Positions 57,328 through 64,000 of a stretch of DNA of 64,000 nucleotides are shown here, piece by piece; the stretch's first letter is position 1, and each line of letters starts with the position of its first letter. The DNA is from an uncultured Bacteroidales bacterium (GTDB taxonomy: Bacteria > Bacteroidota > Bacteroidia > Bacteroidales > UBA932), in the NCBI GenBank assembly GCA_963931055.1, contig OZ006987.1, positions 1,003,652 through 1,067,651 on the forward strand, read 5' to 3'. Both the position numbers and the translations under genes were made by a program. The notes under the pieces are model-generated. The model was not told the DNA's origin, searched no databases, and was given only the letters and a program-made list of their open reading frames with translations.

Positions 57328-58312
57328 GCCCGTCCGCTCCGCCCCAGCGCTCACCTATATAGTCAAGTATCTCCAGCACTCTGGCCGGATCGTTCTCGGT
57401 CACCAGACGCAGTCTTGTCTCCTTGAAGTCCGGAAGCCCCTTGAAATAGCAGGACAGATGCCTGCGCATCTCCAGCACTCCCGTCCGCTCGCCCTTGAAT
57501 TCCAGTGATTTGGCAAAATGTTCCTTTGCCAGGGCTACCCGCTCGCCTACACTCATGGGCGGAAGTTCCTCCCCTGTATCCAGATAGTGCCTCATCTCCC
57601 GGAAGATCCACGGATGCCCGAAGCTGGCGCGTCCCACCATCACACCGTCCACCCCATACCGTTCAAAGGCATTGGCCGCATCCTGAGGAGTCTTGATGTC
57701 ACCGTTGCCGATGACCGGTATCCTCATCCTCGGATTGCGCTTGACCTCCCCTATCAGAGTCCAGTCCGCCTCGCCTTTGTACATCTGGCAGCGTGTCCGG
57801 CCGTGTATCGTTATAGCCTTGATGCCTACGTCCTGAAGCCGCTCCGCCAGCTCCACGATGATTTTGCTGTCCTCGTCCCAGCCCAGACGGGTCTTGACCG
57901 TAACAGGCAGCTTGACCGCATCCACCACCCTGCGGGTAATCTCCACCATCTTGTCCGGCTCGCGCATCATGCCGGAGCCTGCGCCGCGACGGGCTATCTT
58001 GTTGACCGGACAGCCGAAATTGATGTCTATCACATCAGGACGGGCAGCCTCCACCCTCAGGGCCGACTCCACCATCGCCTCCGGTATGTGGCCGTATATC
58101 TGCATACCGATCGGACGCTCATAGTCAAAGATTCTCAGCTTATACAGCGACCCCGGCACATCGCGTATCAGTCCGTCCGAGGATATGAACTCCGTGTACA
58201 TCATATCCGCTCCGAACTTCTTGCAGACATATCTGAAAGAAAGATCGGTCACGTCCTCCATGGGTGCCAGCAGCAGGGGCCTGTCCCCGAGATCAAGGTC
58301 TCCTATCTTCAT
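57293..58312 (-). CDS. dusB: tRNA dihydrouridine synthase B
   Basis: LLLAPMEDVTDLSFR, DINFGCP, TVKTRLGW, ITIHGRT. Confidence 0.9.
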   Translation of the reverse strand: MKIGDLDLGDRPLLLAPMEDVTDLSFRYVCKKFGADMMYTEFISSDGLIRDVPGSLYKLRIFDYERPIGMQIYGHIPEAMVESALRVEAARPDVIDINFGCPVNKIARRGAGSGMMREPDKMVEITRRVVDAVKLPVTVKTRLGWDEDSKIIVELAERLQDVGIKAITIHGRTRCQMYKGEADWTLIGEVKRNPRMRIPVIGNGDIKTPQDAANAFERYGVDGVMVGRASFGHPWIFREMRHYLDTGEELPPMSVGERVALAKEHFAKSLEFKGERTGVLEMRRHLSCYFKGLPDFKETRLRLVTENDPARVLEILDYIGERWGGADGPTQSSPLSTTL

Positions 58313-58413
58313 TCTGTAATCTTATTGTAACTTAAAAAACAGTGACAAAAGTAAAAATAATTACAGAAAACCATATCTTTGCGCGGAATTTAACATTTTG
58401 AGGAAATATAAAT

Positions 58414-59403
58414 ATGGCAATCAAGAGTAAAATCAACCGAATCGGCGTACTGACATCAGGAGGAGACGCGCCGGGTATGAACGCAGCCATCAGAGCGGTA
58501 GTAAGAACGGCCATTTTCAACGGAAAGGAGATCTACGGATTCTATCAGGGATATGAGGGCATAGTAAACAAGAACTTCGTGCCCATGCAGTCCCACTCCG
58601 TATCCAAGATTATATCACAGGGAGGCACGATACTCAAATCCTCCCGTTTCCCCGAGTTCAAGGACAGACTCGTAAGGGAAAAGGCCTACAAGAATCTCAG
58701 GGAACTGGGCATCGACGGACTGGTAGTCATCGGAGGCGACGGTTCGTTCCGCGGCGCAGACCTATTATATAAGGAGTACGGACTCCCCATAGTCGGAGTT
58801 CCCGGCACCATAGACAACGACATCTACGGAACCGACTTCACCATCGGTTTCGACACGGCGATAAACACTGCCGTACAGGCCATAGACAAGCTGCGCGACA
58901 CGGCCGACAGCCACAACCTGGCCTTCTTCGTGGAGGTAATGGGACGTGACGCCGGCTTCATCGCCCTCAACACGGCTATCGCGACCGGCGCAGAGGCCAC
59001 TCTGATACCGGAGATACCCACCACCATCGAGAGCCTGTGCGAATACCTCCAGTTCGAGAGGCGCAAGAACAAGACCTCCGGCATCATCATCGTAGCCGAG
59101 GGAGGCGACCTGGGCAGCGCGATGGACATAGCCGCCAAGGTCAAGGAGCGCATACCTGACTACGAGACCCGCGTCACGACTCTCGGACATATCCAGAGGG
59201 GCGGCTCGCCGACCTGCAACGACCGCGTTCTGGCCAGCGTCCTGGGATGCGAGGCCGTAAAGGCCCTGCTCGAGGGACGCACAGCCGTCATGGTCGGCCA
59301 GATGCAGAACGAGACAGTCTTCACGCCTTTCGCCGAGGCATGCAGCCGCCACAACGAGATCAACACCAAGTGGTACGACATCTCGCACATCCTTTCGATA
59401 TAA
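58414..59403 (+). CDS. pfkA: ATP-dependent 6-phosphofructokinase
   Basis: RIGVLTSGGDAPGMNAAIRAVVR, IGGDGSF, PGTIDND, MGR. Confidence 0.95.
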   Translation: MAIKSKINRIGVLTSGGDAPGMNAAIRAVVRTAIFNGKEIYGFYQGYEGIVNKNFVPMQSHSVSKIISQGGTILKSSRFPEFKDRLVREKAYKNLRELGIDGLVVIGGDGSFRGADLLYKEYGLPIVGVPGTIDNDIYGTDFTIGFDTAINTAVQAIDKLRDTADSHNLAFFVEVMGRDAGFIALNTAIATGAEATLIPEIPTTIESLCEYLQFERRKNKTSGIIIVAEGGDLGSAMDIAAKVKERIPDYETRVTTLGHIQRGGSPTCNDRVLASVLGCEAVKALLEGRTAVMVGQMQNETVFTPFAEACSRHNEINTKWYDISHILSI

Positions 59404-59501
59404 GATTTATATAAAATCCGTGTCACATATCGCCCTGCTCTGCAATAATTGATGTCTGAAACATGAAGTAGATATATTGAACAGGGTTAATGATTAGTCA
59501 A

Positions 59502-59540
59502 AGCAGCCGGAGTGTCGTGACGACAGCCCGGCTGCTCCTG
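59502..59540 (+). repeat. structured hairpin repeat, copy A (also the 3' terminator position of the ATPase gene)
   Basis: AGCAGCCGGAGTGTCGTGACGACAGCCCGGCTGCTCCTG. Outer stem GCAGCCGG/CCGGCTGC, inner stem TGTCG/CGACA. Confidence 0.8.
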
Positions 59541-59542
59541 TT

Positions 59543-60931
59543 TCATACCAACAGACTTAAATCAATATCCGGGATAATGACATCCGCAAGTTTATCCTTG
59601 ACAAGGAATCCCATGTAAAGCGGAACTGTGAGCACCTCTCCATCTCGTCCTACACTGTATTGACCCAACTTGATTGCGCTATTGACATGATAGACATCCT
59701 TGTTCCTGAGAACTGTCGCCATGCTTTTTGACTTGCCAGTCCTGGCCTTGACCTCAAGGACAACACATTCACCGTTGAGTCTCACCAGAAAGTCCAGTTC
59801 AAGACCGCTGTCCTTATGGAAATAATACAGTTTCTGCCCGGACTTGCACAGGAAATCAGCCATAAGGTTCTCGAATACAGCCCCTTTGTATCCAAGAAGA
59901 TTACCTTTCAGAATATCCGCCTGAGTGCCATAGTCAAGCATGGCTACAAGGATACCGATATCCGTGACGTACACTTTAAAGCAATCCTCAACGGCATTGC
60001 CGTCTAACGGAAGTTCCGTAATCCGCGTATTATAGCACCTGCGGACTATCCCTGCATCCTCCAGCCATTGAATGCTGCCGGCATACTGCGAGGCCCGTCC
60101 TCCTTTCCTGACCACCGAATACTGAAATTTCTTGTTCTCCTTCGCCAACTGCTTCGGGATAGACTCAAAACATTCCCGGATATGAGGTTTATCGGCCTCA
60201 TCCGCATATTTTACCATATCCTCCTCGTATTCAGTTATCAGACTACGTTGGAGCTTGTATATCTGCTCAATGTTCCTGGTTTCAAGGAAACAGTTCACCA
60301 CTTCCGGCAGTCCCCCGACAATGATATATCTGTACAACAGATCCATCATCACTTTGTGAATACCGTCCGGGACTGCTTTCTCACTCTCAAAGCATGACCT
60401 GACGGCATCAATGACCGCATCACTGATTCCGTTTGCCCATAGAAACTCCTCGAAATCCAGTGGATACATGTCTATCACAGTCTCATATCCCACCGGGACA
60501 GAGTCCTGTCCTTCACTCTCATCCTTTTTCTTCCTGCTTTTACCATAGCCTTTCACTCCTAAAAGCGAGCCTGTGGCTATGATGTCGAAACGACCGTCTA
60601 TCTGAAATGACTTCAATGCCGTCCTCGCCTCCCTGCATTCCTGAATCTCATCAAGTATGATACAGGTCTTTCCCTCTATAAAGCGACTGCCTTTAATCAT
60701 AGCGGAAAGATTGAGAATGATGGTATCGACATCAATATTGCCTGTAAAAGCGGATTTCTTGTCCGGCTCCAGAATAAAATTCACATACACCACATTCTCG
60801 TAATTCTCATTTGCGAATTTCCGTACAATGTATGTCTTTCCGCATTGGCGCATACCTTTTATCACAAGTGGCTTTCTAGTCTCCGACTTCTTCCACTCGG
60901 CCAGATACGTTTCTATTTTTCTCTTAAGCAT
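59543..60931 (-). CDS. AAA-family ATPase with a C-terminal DUF4143/PD-(D/E)xK-like domain
   Basis: Walker A GMRQCGKTYIV and Walker B CIILDEIQE. The C-terminal LELDFLVRLNGECVVLEVKA has a nuclease-fold-like D...ExK pattern. ATG at 60931 preferred over the TTG at 60958. Confidence 0.75.
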   Translation of the reverse strand: MLKRKIETYLAEWKKSETRKPLVIKGMRQCGKTYIVRKFANENYENVVYVNFILEPDKKSAFTGNIDVDTIILNLSAMIKGSRFIEGKTCIILDEIQECREARTALKSFQIDGRFDIIATGSLLGVKGYGKSRKKKDESEGQDSVPVGYETVIDMYPLDFEEFLWANGISDAVIDAVRSCFESEKAVPDGIHKVMMDLLYRYIIVGGLPEVVNCFLETRNIEQIYKLQRSLITEYEEDMVKYADEADKPHIRECFESIPKQLAKENKKFQYSVVRKGGRASQYAGSIQWLEDAGIVRRCYNTRITELPLDGNAVEDCFKVYVTDIGILVAMLDYGTQADILKGNLLGYKGAVFENLMADFLCKSGQKLYYFHKDSGLELDFLVRLNGECVVLEVKARTGKSKSMATVLRNKDVYHVNSAIKLGQYSVGRDGEVLTVPLYMGFLVKDKLADVIIPDIDLSLLV

Positions 60932-60955
60932 AGGCTTATTCCGTTCTTCCGACAG

Positions 60956-60963
60956 CAAAATTA
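60956..60963 (-). promoter_or_regulatory. candidate -7 promoter box (TAATTTTG) for the ATPase gene
   Basis: TAnnTTTG on the minus strand about 25 nt upstream of the ATG at 60931, abutting the first 19 bp direct repeat. Confidence 0.35.
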
Positions 60964-61047
60964 CATTTTTTCAAGCGAATAAACAATAATTACTACATTT
61001 TTTCAAGCGAATGCCGCCCCTATTGCTACACTTTTTCGACGGAAAAT
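60962..61047. repeat. phased direct repeats: 2 perfect copies of TACATTTTTTCAAGCGAAT plus a degenerate third copy
   Basis: Perfect copies lie at 60962-60980 and 60994-61012 (32 bp period). A degenerate copy, TACACTTTTTCGACGGAAAAT, lies at 61027-61047 (33 bp period). Confidence 0.8.
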
Positions 61048-61090
61048 GAAAACAGCCGGACCGTCACCACGACAGCCCGGCTGCTCCTGC
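61037..61090 (+). repeat. structured hairpin repeat, copy B (diverged inner stem)
   Basis: TCGACGGAAAATGAAAACAGCCGGACCGTCACCACGACAGCCCGGCTGCTCCTGC. The left flank is shared with copy C and the right flank with copy A. Confidence 0.75.
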
Positions 61091-61180
61091 TTTACCACTT
61101 TCGTAAAAACTTTCTGTCTGACAGGCAGTTTTTATTGGATGTCCGATGAATAATCCCTACTTTTGTGCAGAACAGAATCA

Positions 61181-61432
61181 ATGACGGGCATGAGTAAGTG
61201 GGCAGAAGAGCAGGAACGCAGGAGGGACGGCAAAGAGAGGCGGAGGGTCAGCCGCGAGACGATGGGCAAATTTTTCTACGACCTCGCAAAACTCGCATTT
61301 GCAGCCATGTCATTGACCGGAGGGATATCGTTGATAATTAACGAAGTGCAGATCAGACAGATTGTATTGCTGGCCAGCGGTATAGGACTGACATACATCT
61401 GTGCGTTGATCGGCCACAGAATACTGAAATAA
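61181..61432 (+). CDS. hypothetical small membrane protein with an Arg/Glu-rich N-terminus and two TMS
   Basis: MTGMSKWAEEQERRRDGKERRRVSRETMGKFFYDLAKLAFAAMSLTGGISLII...LLASGIGLTYICALIGHRILK. No family recognised. Confidence 0.4.
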   Translation: MTGMSKWAEEQERRRDGKERRRVSRETMGKFFYDLAKLAFAAMSLTGGISLIINEVQIRQIVLLASGIGLTYICALIGHRILK

Positions 61433-61435
61433 GAT

Positions 61436-61540
61436 ATGGACTTTTTAATAATATTTTTTGGAGCCAATTTAGTGATTGCCATAATTTTCCTCCTTTGGCT
61501 AAAATCCAAACGGGGTAAGAAATGGCTTGCCGACCTATAA
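61436..61540 (+). CDS. unannotated 34 aa single-TMS peptide (below the ORF-track length cut-off)
   Basis: My own translation is MDFLIIFFGANLVIAIIFLLWLKSKRGKKWLADL-stop. The ATG is 4 nt after the stop of 61181..61432. It has a hydrophobic helix and then a basic tail. Confidence 0.3.
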   Translation: MDFLIIFFGANLVIAIIFLLWLKSKRGKKWLADL

Positions 61541-61555
61541 CAAGCAGAGATGGCT

Positions 61556-61611
61556 CGACGGAAAATGAAAGCAGCCGGAGTGTCGTGACGACAGCCCGGC
61601 TGTTTCATTTC
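61556..61611 (+). repeat. structured hairpin repeat, copy C (extended palindrome; terminator position of pepP)
   Basis: CGACGGAAAATGAAAGCAGCCGGAGTGTCGTGACGACAGCCCGGCTGTTTCATTTC. The stem extends through GAAA(A)TGAAA(G)CAGCCGG / CCGGCTGTTTCATTTC. Confidence 0.8.
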
Positions 61612-61627
61612 TGCGTGAGATCCGCTG

Positions 61628-63031
61628 TTACAGAGAATTGTCGGCCATCTCGCGCTCCACATCCTCTGTGGTGATGGGAAGACGCTTGGAGCCGAGCAGA
61701 CGGCAGCCCTTCTCGGTGATGAGGATATCGTCCTCCAGACGGATACCGCCGAAATCGTAATACTCTTTCTCCAGCAGAGGGAAGTTGATGTACTGAGTGT
61801 TGATGCCCTCCTTCTTCCATTTCTCAATCAGGGCAGGTATGAAGTAGATACCCGGCTCGTCTGTAACCACATGACCGGGCTCAAGCATCTTGCCCATGCG
61901 GAGCGAGCCGAGACCGAACTGCTTGCTGCGCCTGTAGGTATCGTCATAACCTACGTAATCCTCTCCGAGATCCTCCATATCGTGTACGTCCATACCCATA
62001 TTGTGGCCCAGACCGTGAGGCATGAACACCGAGTGAGCTCCTGCCGCCACTATCTCGTCCGGATCGCCCTTGAGAATACCGAGATTGATCAGCCCCTGAG
62101 CCATAAGACGGGACACTGCCTGATGTACCTCAGTGTAGGTGATGCCGGGCCGCGCCACGCTCTGCGTCAGATTGTTGGCCGCCGACACTATGTCGTATAT
62201 CTCCTTCTGCTTCGTAGTGAACTTGCCTGAAGACGGTATCGTCCTGGTAAAATCCGAACAGTAATTGGTATTGGACTCCGCACCCGCGTCTATGACTATC
62301 AGTTTCCCGTCTGTCAGGACACCGTCGTGCTTGTGGTTGTGCAGGGTCTCGCCGTGCTGCGAGAGAATCGTCGGGAAAGACGGCATAAGTCCCTCGGAGA
62401 CAGCGATGCCCTCCATCACACCGACCAGCTGCTGCTCCACCATGCCCAGCCTGGCCATCTTCATGGCCGTAAAGTGCATCGCATAGCCGATGTTGCAGGC
62501 CTTGTCTATCTCCTCTATCTCGCGCTGCTCCTTGATGAGCCTCATGGACACCACCGCCTTGATGAACTCCTCCGAAGCCTCTGCGCGCATCCTGTCGAAA
62601 GGTACTCCGAGCATCTGGTTGAGGAGAATCATATTGCGGTAACGGTACGGGGGCAGGAAGTGCACCCTGCGGCCCTGAGCCTTCGCCCTGGAGACATATT
62701 TCTCCAGTTCCGCGAACGGGAATGACTTGGAGACACCCACCGAGGCAGCCTTGTCGCTGATCAGCGGCTGAGGTCCCATCCAGATGATATCGTCGATATC
62801 GACATCATTGCCGAAAATAGTCTCCTCGCCGGACTCCAGGTCGATAATAGCGGCCAGATCAGGATCCGTCAGGCCGAAATAATAATTAAAGGTACTGTCC
62901 TGACGGTAGCGGTAGGCATTGCCGGCATAGTTTACGGCAGCCTCGCCTGTGCCCAGGAATAAAAGAATACCGGAGCCGACCTTGGTCTTCAGGACATTCC
63001 TCCGGTTGATATAAACTTCTTTTGCGAACAT
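61628..63031 (-). CDS. pepP: Xaa-Pro aminopeptidase (M24B family)
   Basis: Metal-ligand blocks VIDAGAE, HGLGHNMGMDVHD, EPGIYF, IRLEDDI. Confidence 0.85.
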   Translation of the reverse strand: MFAKEVYINRRNVLKTKVGSGILLFLGTGEAAVNYAGNAYRYRQDSTFNYYFGLTDPDLAAIIDLESGEETIFGNDVDIDDIIWMGPQPLISDKAASVGVSKSFPFAELEKYVSRAKAQGRRVHFLPPYRYRNMILLNQMLGVPFDRMRAEASEEFIKAVVSMRLIKEQREIEEIDKACNIGYAMHFTAMKMARLGMVEQQLVGVMEGIAVSEGLMPSFPTILSQHGETLHNHKHDGVLTDGKLIVIDAGAESNTNYCSDFTRTIPSSGKFTTKQKEIYDIVSAANNLTQSVARPGITYTEVHQAVSRLMAQGLINLGILKGDPDEIVAAGAHSVFMPHGLGHNMGMDVHDMEDLGEDYVGYDDTYRRSKQFGLGSLRMGKMLEPGHVVTDEPGIYFIPALIEKWKKEGINTQYINFPLLEKEYYDFGGIRLEDDILITEKGCRLLGSKRLPITTEDVEREMADNSL

Positions 63032-63107
63032 TTTGCTGTGGCTTTTTAAAATTCAATCGTCAAAATTAACTCATATTCCCCACAAAAACAACCCCTATTT
63101 ATAGTGA

Positions 63108-63872
63108 TTACCGCAGAAGGTAGAAACAGGAAGTGGTGTAGAAGTTGCGCAGCCAGGGTATGCCGGCAGGAAGACGGAACAGCCGGCGCGGCCTGAGTCC
63201 GAACTTGGCCTCATAATGAGGGTTTATCAGCCATAGACGCCTGTCCACCTTCTGAAAGCCTCCGTCCCGTATTATCCTCTCGAAACGCTCTATGGGCGTA
63301 GCTGTCTGCTTGATCTCCAACAGTTCCTTTATGGCTTCAGGAGACTCACCGCCGCGTTTGAGGACCCATCTGTATATGTTTTTCGGAAGAAGGTGAAAAT
63401 AAGGCAAGTGCGAAAGCACTCTGCTGCGGCAGTTCTGCTGATGACCGCCGAAGGGCATCTGCCAGGCCGGGAAAGCGAAGAACGCCAGGCCGTCCGGTGC
63501 AAGATAGAGTCTTACCCTGCGCATGAACTCCTCCTTGTCCATGATATGCTCTATCACATCATGGCAGATTATCAGGTCGAACCGCCCTTCCATCTCCTTT
63601 ACCTCAAAGATATCCGAAGCCAGGAAGCGGCCCGGTGTACCTTCCTCCGCGAAGAACTGCTCCGCTGCCCGTATTTTGCCCTCAGCCAGGTCCACGCCCA
63701 GAACTGAGCATCCCGCCTGGGCAAAGGGGAGCAGATTGCCGCCCTCACCACAGCCTATCTCCAGAACACTTATGCCCTCGTCTATCCTCATATAGGAAGA
63801 CAGCCAGGGCATATAATATTTCCGGCTGGTAGCGGCCAGCTGGTCAAAATATCTACGGCGGTCCTTAGACAT
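63108..63872 (-). CDS. class I SAM-dependent methyltransferase
   Basis: Motif I VLEIGCGEGGN and post-I GVDL, plus DLIICHDVIEHI. ATG at 63872 (MSKDRRRYF) overlaps the upstream stop as ATGTCTAA. Confidence 0.75.
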   Translation of the reverse strand: MSKDRRRYFDQLAATSRKYYMPWLSSYMRIDEGISVLEIGCGEGGNLLPFAQAGCSVLGVDLAEGKIRAAEQFFAEEGTPGRFLASDIFEVKEMEGRFDLIICHDVIEHIMDKEEFMRRVRLYLAPDGLAFFAFPAWQMPFGGHQQNCRSRVLSHLPYFHLLPKNIYRWVLKRGGESPEAIKELLEIKQTATPIERFERIIRDGGFQKVDRRLWLINPHYEAKFGLRPRRLFRLPAGIPWLRNFYTTSCFYLLR

Positions 63873-64000
63873 AACGCACATAATCCGACTTGCGGGGAGC
63901 GGCCTGAGGCTCCTTTCCGTCCTTCGAGTAGCCGAGTACACAGTGACCTATCCCCTCATAGTCTCCCTCTACGCCCCACTGTTTCAGCAAGTCGCGGCCC
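63865..64000 (-). CDS. C-terminal 44 codons of a nitroreductase-family protein (5' part beyond the right window edge)
   Basis: My translation is GRDLLKQWGVEGDYEGIGHCVLGYSKDGKEPQAAPRKSDYVRYV-stop. The ...G.CVLGY....P.R+ ending is typical of the nitroreductase family. Confidence 0.5.
   Translation of the reverse strand, partial: GRDLLKQWGVEGDYEGIGHCVLGYSKDGKEPQAAPRKSDYVRYV

Noticed and set aside
59502-61611. I asked whether the hairpin-bounded modules are integron cassettes with attC sites.
   Set aside because: No intI-type integrase or attI is present in the window. The enclosed ORFs face opposite directions. The hairpin lacks recognisable R/L box organisation. The observation is kept as a generic cassette-like finding, not called an integron.

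Overview
This 64 kb chromosomal segment reads as Bacteroidota, probably Bacteroidales. Supporting signs are TAnnTTTG -7 promoter boxes, many lipoprotein surface genes with BACON/PKD/GLUG-type domains, a type V pilus-like operon, a PG0541-type RND accessory gene and a PSP1-gldH pair. The housekeeping backbone is sufB (partial), a thiL-like gene, ybaK, miaA, holB, trmB, a polyprenyl synthase, trxA, sdaA, kbl, tsf-rpsB, rpsI-rplM, dusB, pfkA and pepP. An intact TetR-TolC-MFP-RND-PG0541 efflux operon is also present. Variable content sits between these genes: (1) a compact, AT-richer type II restriction-modification pair (C5 methyltransferase plus a PD-(D/E)xK-like nuclease) at 8.7-10.8 kb. (2) An IS1380-family element with a 5 bp target duplication that splits the first gene of a type V pilus-like operon at 12.4-18.6 kb. 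(3) A decayed TolC/MFS efflux operon at 19.4-20.6 kb. (4) A cobalamin riboswitch driving btuB and three surface lipoproteins at 20.6-26.9 kb. (5) An enlarged HUH/Y1 (RAYT-like) gene flanked by six REP-like palindromic units at 45.8-47.4 kb. (6) Two translationally coupled paralogous BACON lipoproteins built from repeated modules at 48.7-52.8 kb. (7) An AAA/DUF4143-type ATPase and two tiny membrane ORFs, bracketed by three direct copies of a structured hairpin, with phased 19 bp direct repeats, at 59.5-61.6 kb. My best candidates for something under-described are the RAYT-like/REP module and the hairpin-bracketed cassette region. I found no rRNA, tRNA or CRISPR array. No searches or computations were run. 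Family names come from motifs I read in the translations, and coordinates of short elements were counted by hand.
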